A stretch of DNA of 64,000 bases from Tubulanus polymorphus (GCF_964204645.1 NC_134035.1:3906001-3970000); one strand, 5' to 3'. Positions 1 to 14,216 are shown, counted from the stretch's first letter. The notes: generated by a model from the sequence alone, not told the origin. A program made the numbers and translations.

Positions 1-725
1 CACGACTGATGGTTGATTCTGCTGCGCAATATATCTTTCCTATCGCACGTTCGTAATCTGTAAATGTCACCGTAATCCGTAACAGTCACTCGTAATATGT
101 AACGGTTTCCGTGGTTGGGTTTTCACAGACGACTGATCGTCTAATTCAGTTGAAGAACGACTGTAAGACGTTTCAACTCAAATGCAATGAGCCTTTTGTT
201 TTTTTCAATTACAATTGAATCAAAACATTAACATCTGCAGGGGACGGGACTTGTGCAGGTCCACAAAATCTTTTTGAGTTCCTGTTACCATTTTGTGCAA
301 GAGTACATATAGTAATACCGGTATTGCCTTTTGGACATCAGAGTGCCCTTTTAGGTCACGGCAAATCCTTCGCAATTCATAGCCTCTCAATCCACCCCTG
401 CAAGTTCTTACAGTTTTTCTTCAATTGCGGGTTTTATTCGTCTCTCTGGTGTTCATTTTCTACTTTGAATTTCGTTTTCTCGGTCTCGTTCTTCGTTGAC
501 ATTTCGGTGCTTGAATCTATTATGTATGAATTGAACTGGAAGTGTTCCATGAATTAGAATTAGAAACGTTTTTAATCAATTTTAATGAGCAACTTCCCTG
601 GTGTGAATACGCATTCTTTTTGTCAAGAAATGATTAATTCCAAATGATGTTGGCGCCGACTCGGGTGTCGAATAAAAATGTGAAAATTACATAAAGTGAC
701 GTTAATTGCGTGTTTTTATTTCCAG

Positions 726-3700
726 TGACTGTGACGGAAGATGCGAATTCGCGAGCGGGCCCCGTTCGTTACAAGTTGATCACTCGTCGCGCGGGCGCCG
801 CGGCCAATCGGGCCGCGTCTCAGAGTTTGAGCGTACAGCCGTCAAATCGGGTGATGCTGGAGCACGCCGTCGCCAAGCAGCAGCAATACCCAGACGCGAT
901 GGATATCGTCTATAAAAAGGTAGGATATATCATGAAGCGGTGTGGTTGTGGGCGAGTGGTTAGAGCGTTCGACGAAGCCAGGTCGTTGGTTCGAACGTAA
1001 TGTCCCTGGGCAAGTTGTCTCTTGAAGGAGGTGCCACTTTTCTTAAAATGCTAATGAGAATGTAACGTCTCCTCAAAGTGCCGGTGAACCCGAAGTCAAA
1101 TTCTTTAAAGATAATAGTTCAAAACTACAGAGAAAATATCACTGAATTCATGACCGTAGCCCCTCGGGCAAGACGCCCATCATCGTAGTCCTGGAGTAAA
1201 TGGATACCTGGCCTGATAGATCACTCCTGAGTGCTTGTAGCTGCTCAGATGTTTTTCTCCTCCAGGAGAAATGACTGATACATTGTTAGAGATCGAGTTG
1301 CTGAGGGTAGTAATACCTATTCAATAGAAAAATCAGCGGATGTTGAACATCGTATCACAGCTGAAAAGGGCGCTTCGATATCATCATTATCATCATTGTT
1401 GTCATCATAATTTTTATATTTTTATATTCACATGGCTTATAGACTTATGAATTACTACCACAAAATGGTTGAAATGAAATTGATTGCTAACCGATCATCG
1501 TTTTTTGAAAATATTCTGATTGTTAGGAAAGCAACAAGGTGAAATTGAAACCGTTAAAGGAATCGTTGAACGAACATGTTGTCGATTCCGATCTCAGTTC
1601 CGAAATGGTAAAAAATGTTGTTATCTATAATGGCAGGGTTCATAGCAGTCCGTGAATGTCCTTAACAGTTTTGAAATGCGAATGGGTCAATACAACACCT
1701 TGAATATCATTGAATGGGCTCCAAATTCCTTGAACCATTGGTCATTGAATGGCATCAGTCATTAGTTATCAGCCGCAGATCCAAGATAGAAGTTCACTGT
1801 AACAGCTCTTCAAACTTCTACTGATTATAAGAATGCCTGGAATTTTCCTATATTAAGCATGACGATTATATATAAGTCATGGAATCGAAGTCGAAAAAAG
1901 TCTGTGAATGTCGTTAAATGAGCTTAGTCTTGGACACTATGAACCCTGCTATCGAAGCTTGCATCGTCTAGCTATAGCTCTGTGTATGTTATGAATTGAA
2001 ACTGTCTTCATACACAAATTTAAAAGATTAGAAACAAAATCTATACGAAAATCGATTCGTTCAAAAAGATACAACGTTTTGGACTCGGTAGAGATCATCA
2101 ATACATTGGTCTCTCAGTATCCTCTGCGACAGGTTTTAGAGGGGCGCCCATCCCCTTTCATTTTTACATCCACCCCTATGAAAATCAGCCACACCTTGTC
2201 AAATATCTGTTGCACATATATTCTATCAATGTTGATAATTGCTTTGAAATATATTGAGCTAATGTCACCAATAGAAGATTACACCAAAATTAAGCTTTTC
2301 TGTATTTTTCGGGGGGATCAAAAGTCTTGATACTTCAGCTGCCACAATGTCATGATGCCCTTAACAATGAATGCAGCAAAATCCCAGCATACTGAGAACG
2401 ATGTCTCTGGTGAGAGTCCTAAACGTGTCTTGATTTGTTATTCAAATTCACGAATAGATTTATATTTTTACTCTTTCAAATTTGTACAGCGAGTTTCAAT
2501 GCTATTATCTATTAGTCCATGTTTGAGTGTACGCGATCTATTCTACTATTCTATGTAAATTATATATCTAGCTGGATATACAGCAGTGCTATTCTTAATA
2601 CACTCATCTGATATTATCTACTACATGTACATATTATATAGGCCTGAGCTGACTACTGATTTTTCAATGCTTCGCGCTGTTTCTCAAATCCTCCCACTTC
2701 CTTCTCTCTTTTCTCACTCAATTTCCCCCTCTATCCCGTCGTTATGATTATCTATACCATTTTTGGTGCCCTATTCAGTGTTAGATACTGGTTCTGCTCT
2801 AAGGCACCTACAAAGTAGATTTACATACAATCTACTAGAGGTAATGAAAGTTTTTTGACCCCGAAAAAACCTTTACAATAATGTGTATATACATTGATAC
2901 CTAGTCTATGTGTTAAGGAGTTCTGTGTGAGTCAATGTGCACTACATCATCAATATTGGTGTTTCAAAATAATAATAACTAGTATTGTGAATTGTGGCAT
3001 TTATTCTTTAATTGAATATATTTCATAATTTCATGTTTGAAAAGTTGAATAATCATTTTTGAGTGGATGTGCACTACGCCATCAATATATTTCATTATTT
3101 GTCGACAATTTTAAGCGATACGTGGGTTATTTATCAAGGCGTCGATAAACTTTCAAGTTATATCTCTCTCCGTCCCCTCTCTAACAACTGTCGTTGCAAT
3201 GTGACATCTTACGCTGCGTGAAGGGAGAGAAAATTGCTCATTAATTGATGGATGAACCACATATATGATAACTTTCTTACTGCCCGTGCGTGCGTAATGT
3301 AATGTATATATTTATAAACCATGTACGTCAAATGATATATATCTATCATATTCTCGTACAGATTCTATGTATCCGAGAATCTAGCGAAAGTATATATTCT
3401 TATGACGTTTGCAGTTAACATACTGGCTCAGTGTTTCTTTCATGGGTATTCATAGTTGCTGTCACACTATCCTCGGGAACGATTATGATGATAATGCCAT
3501 CTTTCGTGTTATTGAAATTGATGAAAGTCTATCGTTGTTTTGTTGATATTTTGTGGCCTTCGAAGTTTGACTCAAAATTGCGGCTTTCAGTTTTACAAGT
3601 GTGTTTTCATCTAATTGAAAATACGAATTAATCCCTTTCAATGCGGACTTATACCCGAAAGTGCTGGAGAACTTGAAAATTAAAAAAAATTCCACCCCTG

Positions 3701-6604
3701 TGTGTTGAATAACAGGCATACCACTATAGTGTGTCTACACCGTGGTGCGGTGTATCGTTAGCTGCTATTATTTCAATATGGTGCTTCCATCTTTCAATAG
3801 AGATAAAAATTAATTACTACTTATGTCAATACACTGCAATGCGGTGTACTAGCAAAGTCCATCACCAATTTATACACCGCACTGCAGTGTAGAGGCGCTG
3901 AAAGGGTAAATTGCCGATACCAAACATTTGGGTTGAAATTAAGTTTTCACAGAACCGACTGATTAATTTTTTTTATTTCGTTTTACCCAGGACCCGCGTT
4001 ACTGCGGCGACGACGACGACGGAGGCGGCAGTAGCCCGTTGAAGCAGCATCCACCGCCCTTCGATCAACTGCTCGAACGCGAAAAATCGCACGACTACGT
4101 GAAAGTTTCCAGGGGTAAAACTTCGCAGAAAATTTACTTAAAAAAGGGGTTTAGATACAACACCTTGTTTGATTCAATTTGATGAACATTTTTGTTCAGT
4201 TCGTTGTTTATTTTTTTCGTTGTAGAGAAATCGTCGACGCAGTTCCATCGGCCGCGAGTTCCGTCGGCTACTGCCACCTATATTTCGACCCCGACGGCGC
4301 AGGTGGGCTCGGAGATCGGTGACCAGTTCAATGACAATAGAGGTGAACGTAACCATTTGGAAAACGCGAATCCCGGTACGAAATTTACAGTAAACATCAC
4401 CTCCGGTGAACTGGGAATGCCATGCAGGGTAGCCACGTACCTGGTAGCTGGGAAATTTAATAGTAAAGCTAAAAATCAGGGAAACATCAGGGAAGCGACG
4501 ATTAGATCGCGCGTAAAACATCAAACAGTTTCCGTCTATGTCTTACCTATTTGATTGTGTTAATTGATTAAATTCTCAGCAGATGAAGTCAAGGAAAACA
4601 ACGTGCATGTCTGGGTATAGTGAGGGGCAAAAGTCAAATAAAAGTGGCCACACTGTGGGAATGTTGGACAGGGTGGCCACCTACCTGAAGATCGGGGAAT
4701 AGTCAGGAACATTTGTTGAGATTTGTTAGATCACGTGACTGCGTTAATGGATTGGATTCTTAGCACATCGAGTCAGGGGAAAGAACGTGCCTGGAAAACT
4801 ATGTCCGGGGAAAAAGCAAACAAAATCAAAGTGGCCACGCTTAGTTAAGGATCGAAACAACAATGAATACAAATCAGAAAATAATGTCGTTTTGTCGCAG
4901 TTAGTCGACGTTGGTAGAACGTAGAATTCAATGACGGTTTATCGACGAGAGTGATTCGATTAAGCGCGTCGTGTAGCTCGATTCCTAATTAAATCAGTCT
5001 CGTTGATTATTTGCAGCTGGAAGCTACGGCTCCGACGCGGCGTCGCACAATGGTTCATCGATCAGACAACAGCAGCGCGGCGTTACGCCGAAAGAAAGCG
5101 CTCGTAAAAGCCGCGAAATAACGAGCACGATCGACAGCATTCAGAAACTGCGCGCGTCGGTCATTAGTTCGGCTAAACGCGCGAATCTGAGTCCGACTAC
5201 CGGGTACGTACGTGTTTCGCGAAGGTGGCGAGAAATCTTGTCAATTTTTCGATCGCGTCAGTCACATTCATCGGTTAATCGTTCTTACAGGGAGTGTATA
5301 GAGCAGATCGTAAAGATGACCGGCGACGAAGTGAACTCGATCACGGCTGAGATCGAAGACACAATCGAGGTATAACTACGAAATCCCTCATGCTCCAAGA
5401 CCGTGCGAATTATCCGAGTGACGTGTACAAATCCAACGATAATCTTAATTCTATCATCAGAAAAAAAGATGGTGACAAAATTATAATAAACAGTACGGTG
5501 TATTTTGAAAAATATGAGACGTATTTTATATTTTTGAAAATACAGTGTTTTGTTTTTAAGTAGGAATGTTTCATTACTGTTAGATTGATTATTTCTTCAC
5601 TACTTTTTTCTGAAGATGAAATTGAAAATGTCCTAAGGAATATTAGAATGATAGGGGCGAATCTAAGGTCTGATTCAGGGAGGGTTGTACCTTTAAGATA
5701 GGGCATATCATATCATCGAAAGGGCAAAGATAAACTCTTCGGAAGTACAGAGAACAAGCTTATGAATTTAAACTTTTTTAGTTTCAATGTTCTCAATCTC
5801 AGCTTTGAAAAAATCGAAATCAAGGCGAGTTCATTCATAATTTCTGTAAAATTTCAGGCCAAGTTGACATATTTAGAGGGGGGTGCGCACCCCCTGCCCT
5901 TTCCCCTTGAATCCACCCCAGATAAAAATTCAGTCATCATCTACACTAAAAATACATCGTTTTATTTGTCAGTTTTACATTTAATTTCTTCCTTTCCTTT
6001 TTTTTTAGAAAAAGAAACTAGATTCTCTGTCGAAAGGGGCAACGACGACGAAACAGACTGAGGCGCGATGGTCGAAATCCGAGGCTTACAACGATTCGAG
6101 CGACAAGTCGAAGCCGGTCGTCGCGAACGTGAAGCCCGGAATCCACAAAGAAACGCCGATTCATCTGAACCGCAATTCGCCGTTCGGCCAGCAGCACGCC
6201 GCGTCGCCGTCGTCGCCGTTTTCCAATTCCGACAACGACAACAACGGCAACAACAGCGACCGCGTGTTGTTCAGTCGAGCCGAGTCGGCGCGACGCGGCA
6301 AAGCGACGACCGCGACGCGTCTCCGCGAGGACCACACGACTCGTCGGTCGCGCGCCGTACGCAGCAACTCGGTCGGACCGTTCATCAACGAGCAGATCGA
6401 GCTGATCAAACTGGAAGAGGGGAGTCGCCGCGGCAGTCTGGGTAGTAACACGTATCGCGACGTTAGCAGCACGTCGTGGGATAATAGATCGGGAAACGTA
6501 TCAGAGGTAATGAGGTCACTCATTATTACTGTTATTATTATTATTATTATTACTGTTATTATTGTTATTATTATTATTATTGTTATTATTATTATTATTA
6601 TTAC

Positions 6605-6647
<43 letters not shown>

Positions 6648-9600
6648 GATACTCTCCTACTCCTCACACGCAATTCATACTGGTTTTTTCATGTATTGCG
6701 TCTTGCTTTCAAGTTTGAACGTTTTTTAATGTGTTGTGTCATTTTTTAATATACATTTTGCTGGATTTTTCTCGCATTTATACTCTTACGGAGCTGCCAA
6801 CTGTTCCTGATATTCCAGTAGATATAGTTAACACTTTTAGCTTCTCAGAAATACTGATTAGATAATTTCAAGTGTGCAGAAAATAAGAAAGAGTTGCTGA
6901 GGGTCTTACCCCCTTGATTACTGATTAATTTCAACAGAAATATGAAAGATGTTACTGAGGTTTTTATTGTTGATTACTGATTAATTTGACTGAAATATGA
7001 AAGGTGTTACTTAGGGTCTTGCCCCCCTTGATAACTGATCAATTTGAACTGAAATATGAAAGATGTTACTGAGGGTCTTACCCCCTCCCCCTTGATAACT
7101 GAATAATTTACGAAGAAATGTGAAAGGGTTACTGAGTGTCTTGTGTAGATATGTGAAACTAATGGTGTAAAGGGTCTTACCCCCATTGATTACTAATACT
7201 ACTATCCCCCTTGATTTTTACAGAAATGTAAAAGATGTTAGGTCCTAATCCCCCGAATACTCATTTACTTATGGGTCATTTTCTTTCGTATTTCGATGAA
7301 ATTTCCCTGAAACCATTTAAACTTGTTACTGGCAGCTCTGATTTACAAGATTACTCATTATCGATCTTCTGTCGTCGTTCATTGCTTTACGGTAAAAACC
7401 TTTCAATCTTTCCAATCGGTTTTTCCAATCGACTTTTCTCGTTTTATTTTCATCGTCATCAGGAGACCAACAACGTCGTTAGAACGGCGGAGGAGGCTAC
7501 CGATAGTGGCAAGCGTAGCGGCGCCGGCGCCGGCAACGAGGCCAAAGCGCGTGATAATAATGACGTTGTTAAACGAAATGTAAAACGGGTAGGCATGATG
7601 TCTATGGGTTTATAGTCGGTGTCACGCACGTTTACAATGATATGCAATCCGTTCCATTCGCTACACCAAGTCACAGCTAGTCGTAGACGAGTGGCTGTCT
7701 GCACTCAGTTGAATAATAAAATCCACAATCGAAGAACTGAACGCTATGAGCCATTTTCAAAGACTTTCGAAATGACATTCGAGTTGATACGTCCAAATCC
7801 TCTTACAGTTTTTTTTTTATTGTGGCTTTTATTCTTCAAAAGCCACGACTAGTTCTGCTCAGTTGAGTTAGTTCATCCACGCGCAGTATTTTCAGTCACT
7901 TTTCCGTAACTCGTACACAAATTTTTATTCGACCTATTTTTCGTAGGAACACGTAACGTAATGCTTTTAGTTGTTGCTAGTTTAGAATTGAATTAAATCG
8001 TAGCCAAACGTCTCGGGATTCTAACCTATCGATCAATTTCTTCTATTGAAGAACCTGGTAAAATGTCTTCTGCACGATAAAACACTTTGTGAGTTCATTT
8101 TCAATTGCAACTGTCTGGCGTGAAGTCCTGGACACATTTGAATCCTTGATGATCAGTTTTTGAAAGTGCGCTGATAAATTGTCTAATGTCTGGTGTTTGA
8201 AGTACATTTTCAATCAAAAATGTCTTGGGTGAAGCGTGCAGGATCAGTTGTTGATTGAGTGCTGATGAAACGTCTAATGTCTGGTGTTTCTAATTCATTT
8301 TCAATCAAAATGTCTCGGGTAAAGTTTTGAACGCATGAAATGACAATAATTGTCTGGCGTTTGAAGTTCATTTTCGATGAAATATGTCTCGGATGAAGTT
8401 CTGAACACATGTGAACTGTGGACGACCAGTTTTTGAAAGTGTGCCGATAAAATGACGAATGTCTGGTGCTTGTAGTTCATTTCCAAACAAAAATATCTCC
8501 GGTGAAGGAAGTCCTGAACACATAATATGTGAAAGACTCATCGAAAAAGCAATTTATTTACATCAGCACCACTGTCCTTGCTAGCACCTGTGCAAACCCA
8601 GACTACTAATTGAATAATTTCATACATGTTTTTCGTTAATCCGCATTCATCAGATTGTATATGTATTTATTTTGCAGGCTTTGCCTCCACCTTCAGGTGG
8701 CTGTCTAGCGCCTAATTCTGTATGTAGATCTCCCAGTGTGAGGTATTCTCGTTCAATTGCGTTCTGATTTTGTTTTCGTTTTTTTCCGCGTTCATCCTCT
8801 CGTTCCTTTTCAATTCACCGAACCGTTTATCGTCGTTACGCGCTAGTTTTTTTCTCGTTTCATCCGAATTAATTTCCGCGGGTTTTTTTTCGCATCCAAC
8901 CACAATACCTCTCTCTTTCTCTCTCAACACAATCTTAAACCGATTGCTATTGCAATTATCCGATGCCTTTGGCGAACTGTTTGAACTGAAAATGTCATAA
9001 ATTCGCAATGAACAATTTTGTTATTTTGATTTACATTTTTTTACTCGGTGCGTTGATGAACATTAGCTCACTATTCATTTGTTTGTTACGCAGACAAAGC
9101 ACACAAAAAGCGTCATTACCAGGAGCTGCTGTTTTCTCATGGCTTCATAAACTAGAGCGTAGAGAGAGGGAGAGAGAGATTGTCTACGAGGGTGGATCAT
9201 AAATGGCGGCTGCAGCCAAAATTTTTAGAGTAATTTGCGCTTTCTTTTGATGATCAAAACAAATCAGTGGAATATTTGATACTTGTGATAACACTTGCCA
9301 GCTTCTGATTACTAGATCAAACACCAACCCCAGAATATTTATTTAGTGGAACCTCATTTCAACGACCTCGGCATAGAGCGATTTATCAGTAGATCACAAA
9401 CCAGAAATTTCATCCCAGATTGGAAAAAGAAATTCCAATAATTTCATACTTGATATAGCAACCTTGCGGTTCGCACGGATCTTAAGGTTTCCTATGAAGT
9501 TCGTTGTGACGAGGTTCCGTCGTAGTTGCTCTTCTTTGGCGAGTTGTTTGCCACTGGACCATTGAGCTGCGGCTGTAGCAGATATCACTTCTTTCAATGT

Positions 9601-10879
9601 TAAATTACTGATGAACTTCTCAAGTGGCGTAATCATAATCTTTGAAAATTTTTATCAGAAAAATCGTCTGAATTCATCATGTTGATTTTGCTCTGTGTGT
9701 GCTAGTGTGCCTCCTCCTCCTATTTCAGGACCCAGTGACACACATACGCAAGCACTTGTAGCTCCTTTTGATTCTAAGCACGAAAAAAAATCAGTTCATT
9801 TCTGAAGATTTAACTCGTTTTCAAACTCAAATTATACTGTGGAACTGGATTCGAAATAGTTTCGTTGCTTTGCATCTATACCTTTGTGTGTGCACGTTAC
9901 GCAATCTCCTTCGTAGTTTTACAATTTTAATTTCGGGGTAAAAATGACACGCGTTACTTCGTCATCTACGTATAAACATGATGTATAGGATTGTATGATT
10001 ATTTTTTTCAGGGTGACAGGAAAGCGCGCATCCGGTCGGGCAAAGGGTCGAAAGGCGTCCAAGGTTCGTGTATATGGCTATTTTTTTCACTATTTTCTGC
10101 AAACGAGATACGCACGGTAGACTCCGCTTAGTCGCACGTTTCGGGACTGTAGAAAATATTTCGACTCGAGTAGATAGCGTCACGAGAAGAAAAAAACATT
10201 TCAACTAACATTCGACTTGAGCGGATCAGACTCTAGCCGAATCTACTGTATTTTTAGAATTTCCTCTTTGTTGTTATGTACGATATTGTAGCCACTTTGT
10301 CTCGATCCATTACGCCGAATAAACCGTTACTTTTGATATTTTCTAAATGTGGAAAAAATATGAGCAATCCCGCAATATTGATGAGATCATAAATTTTGGG
10401 ATCGTTCACTGTCATCTGCTGTAGGAATGGATCAGCGTATCGGTCAAGGATAAGATATATGCACATTTAGGCATGTCTGCTGAGGTTCGAAGTTGACCCA
10501 GCCGGCGGCCTATCTACATAACTTTTTGAAGAGAAATGAACAGAAAGAAATGAACTTAATTTCATTGATGTTTACAAAATGACCCGGCCGACTAGGAGAA
10601 GCAAGATATCATTTTTTTAAGCCCAACCCGAATGAGGAATCCTTTTAATAATAAAGACCCAAACCGTTCTCCCTAAATCCGCCCATTTTTCGGTAATTCC
10701 GTTTATTTTACATTTCAGAAGTTACTTCGCCGACGAAAATCTCGCTCATGATTTCCGACAAACACCATCACCCGGCCCACGAGCATCACTCGATGTTCTA
10801 CCCGACGAGCCGGTCTCATCGGCCGCCGCTGTTGCGCATGGCTCCGTCGACGACGACGACGAACCAGTCGAAGAAGTAA
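726..10879 (+). CDS. 3' part of an uncharacterised, largely low-complexity protein (>=~539 aa, 5' incomplete). Exons 726-919, 1527-1607, 3991-4114, 4226-4342, 5017-5203, 5291-5369, 6009-6506, 7463-7588, 10012-10063, 10719-10879
   Basis: Each exon is a GC/CpG-rich island with a polypyrimidine-AG acceptor and a GT donor. Phases chain (1,0,0,1,1,2,0,0,0,1) into one open frame ending ...STTTTNQSKK* (TAA 10877-10879). No domain recognised. Confidence 0.75.
936..1380 (+). mobile_element. tRNA-derived SINE, interrupted copy
   Basis: A-box-like GGCGAGTGG and B-box GGTTCGAAC, then a core (GGGCAAGAC...GGAGTAAATGGATACCTGG) that aligns by eye with the reverse complement of 20975-21284. Confidence 0.65.
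1633..1948. mobile_element. MITE-like element, TIR CAGGGTTCATAG
   Basis: CAGGGTTCATAGCAGTCC ... GGACACTATGAACCCTG termini, no coding capacity. Confidence 0.55.
3628..3910. mobile_element. piggyBac-like MITE (CCCTTTCA termini)
   Basis: TTAATCCCTTTCAATGCG ... CGCTGAAAGGGTAAA, with internal inverted sub-repeats. Confidence 0.45.
4426..4840. mobile_element. Two adjacent copies of a MITE family, TIR CAGGGTGGCCAC
   Basis: CAGGGTAGCCAC...GTGGCCACACTG and CAGGGTGGCCAC...GTGGCCAC; internal sequence shared with 13974-14216. Confidence 0.6.
6522..6648. repeat. (ATT)n microsatellite in an intron
   Basis: Seen directly; it explains the poly-Ile ORFs on both strands. Confidence 0.95.
6850..7240. repeat. 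Degenerate ~55-60 bp tandem repeat
   Basis: Recurring GAAATATGAAAGATGTTACTGAGGGTCTTACCCCCTTGATTACTGATTAATTT units. Confidence 0.75.
8060..8522. repeat. Degenerate tandem repeat (alternating ~90-180 bp units)
   Basis: Recurring TGTCTGG(C/T)GTTTGAAGTTCATTTTCAATCAAAA(A)TGTCTCGGGT blocks. Confidence 0.65.
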
Positions 10880-11306
10880 TCGCTTGCATCATCGTCTGCT
10901 CTGGTCAATGACCTCTCCGTCCTTTTCTTGGTGCAACTGTCTGCTGACATGATCACGCCGACGGCGAGAACTTGAAGTCGGTAAAAGTGGCTTCGATTTT
11001 TTTTTGTGCGTGTGTGTGCGTCGATAGATGAATGGAAGCCGCCCGCGCTCGTGTGGCGGTTTAATCAGAATTCCATTCGAAAAACCAATTAGTTGATGAC
11101 GCGTATATGATATCTCTCGCTTAAAAGAGAGTCTTATAAAAAAAAGGAACGTCTGTTTATAATGCAGACCCAGACGCCGCTCCCAAACGCGAAAAACTAT
11201 GTCCAGCTTCAGCGATATCGGAGTTAGGTATTTTCGCGATTCGTATTAAGTGCCACGAACATTTAACCAAACGAAAATATTCCGATTTGAATCGAGTCAA
11301 CTGTTT

Positions 11307-11520
11307 ACCAATGCTCATGACTGTAGTGAACTGATTTAAATCTCAGTATAGTTAACAAATAAAAACCCGCGGTAGATTTTGTAGAAAAAGTTTATTTTCT
11401 TACAGTTTCGATGTTAATTCTAAACCTCATCTTCAAAGGAACTAAAATAATGATAATGTTAGGAAATAAACTTTGTCTACGAATTTTCTATGGGTTTTTA
11501 TTTGTTAACCAATGCTCATG
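11307..11520 (-). mobile_element. Truncated Penelope-like fold-back insertion with degenerate minimal hammerhead
   Basis: Direct repeat ACCAATGCTCATG at 11307-11319 and 11508-11520. Inverted arms ~11351-11404 / 11457-11509. 31-bp tail 11320-11350. Minus strand reads TTGAAGA-TGAGGTT..AACATC-GAAAC. Confidence 0.6.
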
Positions 11521-12209
11521 TACATATATAAAGTGTATGCTGATTATATCCGTCCAATATCATCAGAAAAACTGCCCGATCTACGAATGATTTAATGAAC
11601 ACCTTTTTACGGTTTTGTTATCGCTAAATAGTTATTTACGATGTATTTGTTAAGATGTTTGTTGATGATAGATTCTCACGCTGTTTTAGGTTGTTTTTTT
11701 TTAAAATGATTTCCTGTCCGTCCATCCGTTCGTTTGTTCACCGTTTAATGAATTGTCCTTTTTTAGGCAATCATAATTGACTCGTCGATTTACTTGTATT
11801 ATCAACGCCATTTATCAGGGATGTGAAGAATATAGCATTAATATATATATACTCATTTTTGTATCGGTGCTTAATTCTATCGTTAAGATATTGTATGTTT
11901 ATATTTGTTCAGCTCCGTCCTTGTCATTCACTTTCGATAATCACACAGAAAGACAGAGAGAGAGAGCCAAACAAACAGCAGAAAGTGTTTTTGTCGTGAA
12001 AATAGCCGTTGTTTTCTGTAGACGGCATCCGTTTCTGGGGGGTGTATTTGAGTATTTTTACCGCGGCAAATTTAGCCGTGTCATTTGTGATTAGAACTAC
12101 TCCCAGAGGGTCACTTGAACGTCACTTGGAAACGTTTTGTCGTGAAAATAGCAGTTGCTTTCTGGACGTCATCCCTTTCTGGGTGTAATTACTTAAGTAT
12201 TTTTACCGC

Positions 12210-12211
<2 letters not shown>

Positions 12212-12262
<51 letters not shown>
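12212..12262. repeat. (AT)n microsatellite inside the second copy of a ~130 bp local duplication (~11985-12115 / ~12135-12303)
   Basis: Seen directly. Confidence 0.9.
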
Positions 12263-12264
<2 letters not shown>

Positions 12265-12651
12265 CCGCGTAATTTGTGATTAGAACTCAGCCCAGAGGGT
12301 CACAGTGGAAAGTTGAAACGTCGTCGCCACATGGGTGCTTATTTTTAAGCACACTTCGGGATATGTGGCGTAAATTCTGTTAAATATTTGCGAGGTTTTT
12401 ACCGTACTAACGTGGGCTGGGTTCAGGGCCCTTTTATGTCGTCGTTGTCGGTTTGTTTTTCTAACGCGTATATCTTCATATCGCTCTGAGACACCGGTGA
12501 CTTAATTATGGGGAAAAGTAATATCCGGTATCACACTGGGAGAGACCTTATTCGTGCGTTAGGTCACGGCGTACATGTATTATATACAATGTCGAGCAAA
12601 CCGGCAAGCGGCTATCAGAAGTTAAATGACCGCCGTTTTGACCGACAATGT

Positions 12652-12907
12652 AGCCGCGATTACACGGAGACGATTTGGCCCGGATCAGGTCCTAGTCAAA
12701 TTTGGCACGTGCCTAATTAGAGAGCGCGTTCACACGTAAACCACTCACGTGATACTTAACGATGCTTAGACAAAGCGAAGTGAGTCACTCCCGGAACCAG
12801 TTGCCATTCACGCGCGATTATTTGGCTCGGGCCTGGTCACATGTGCATACCAGTTGTTCTGGGTCAGGTTGGGCCAAGGCCAAAAATGGTCGTGTGATGT
12901 CGCGGCT
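12652..12907. mobile_element. MITE family, TIR AGCCGCGAT(C/T)ACACG; other copies ~25972-26270 and ~28360-28470
   Basis: AGCCGCGATTACACG...CGTGTGATGTCGCGGCT termini and shared internal GTGAGTCA(C/T)TCCCGGAACC. Confidence 0.55.
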
Positions 12908-13973
12908 CAAGAGACGCACGTTGACGCTATATACGCCGGTGAATAAGGTCTAGTTACGGCCAGGTGCAAGCCGGTAAGTGAATTAAGAAGTCACTGATGG
13001 ACAATTACGCCGCCACATGATCGTGGCGATCTCGACGAACTTCCGTTTCCGTAAATAGTCAACTCTACAGCGCTGCTGGTCGCGGAGCTAATAACCCTGA
13101 ACGCGCTTTAGTTCGGTGACGTTACGTATTTCGCGGCCATCTTGAACTATACGGCGACCGCGTTCAATCGCGTGGCTCGCTATTTTCGGACGACAGTTCA
13201 CTCCCATCTCCCTGTTCGGACTGACATTCAGTTTGACCGATATCAAACATGTTTGATATTGGGCGACGGAAAATAATTATCGCTCGTCGCCGAGAAATTG
13301 CTCATCGATCGCCGCCGGAGTAAACGGCAAGCAACTGATCAATTAGCCAATGAGAGAGCGAATGATTATCACGTGATATTTCCAAATTTATCGTTCACGA
13401 GTAGCCAGTCGACTAATTCGGATAACCGAAGTTCGCCGTAGATGAGCAGCTCATATTCGATGTATACGATTTGAATGAGACGAACGCTTCTATTTGTATG
13501 ATGTATTATATGTATATACACGTAGTTATAGGCATTGACATATCGAAGATATACATCCATTCGAATAGGTTCATAACGGAATAGGTAAACAATAGATCGA
13601 TTGATGACATAAATGAATTAATAAATAAATAAATTGTTGCGCATTGAACGAATTCGTTGATGGTTATTATATATAGCTATAGTCCCGTTGACGGTTTGGG
13701 GTTCGGCCGCTGCCTTCGTTTCAGATGGAACCATCACACTTGAAGAACTTTTCTCGTTGTCTCGTTTTAGATCAGGCTCTGTCGAAACTGAAAAATAGAT
13801 CGAAAAGCCGCGTGATTTTTCAAGATTGTCTCGGTGTTAATATTTTCAAGGTACCGTAAACCTACGTTTGGCATCGCTTGTTAAAAAAATGCAGCGCTGT
13901 TTTGGTTTAGCGTTCGATATTTTACGTGTATCCCAACCTGGACGATTAATAGGCCAATTTCAACAAAACCTCA

Positions 13974-14216
13974 CAGGATGGCCACTTACCTGGAAATCAG
14001 GGAATAGTGAGGGGGGAGCTAAAAATGAGGGTAAAATGAGGGAAATTGCGATGAGATCGCACTACATCACGCGTAAAATCAAACAGTTTCTATATGTCTT
14101 ACGTATTTGACTGTGTTAATTGATTGGGTTCTTGTAACAGATCAAGTCAGGGAAAACAACGTGCATTACGGGGAATTGTCTGAGAAAAAGCAAGTCAAAG
14201 AAAAGTGGCCATCCTG
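13974..14216. mobile_element. MITE, same family as 4426-4840
   Basis: CAGGATGGCCAC...GTGGCCATCCTG termini; internal similarity to 4426-4655. Confidence 0.6.

Noticed and set aside
9-48. Candidate start exon MVDSAAQYIFPIA for the first gene
   Set aside because: Phase-compatible but the donor is weak and it lies at the window edge, so it cannot be supported
6507-6749. Poly-Ile transmembrane tail on ORFs 6129-6749 and 6161-6673
   Set aside because: Read-through past the donor at 6507 into an intronic (ATT)n repeat
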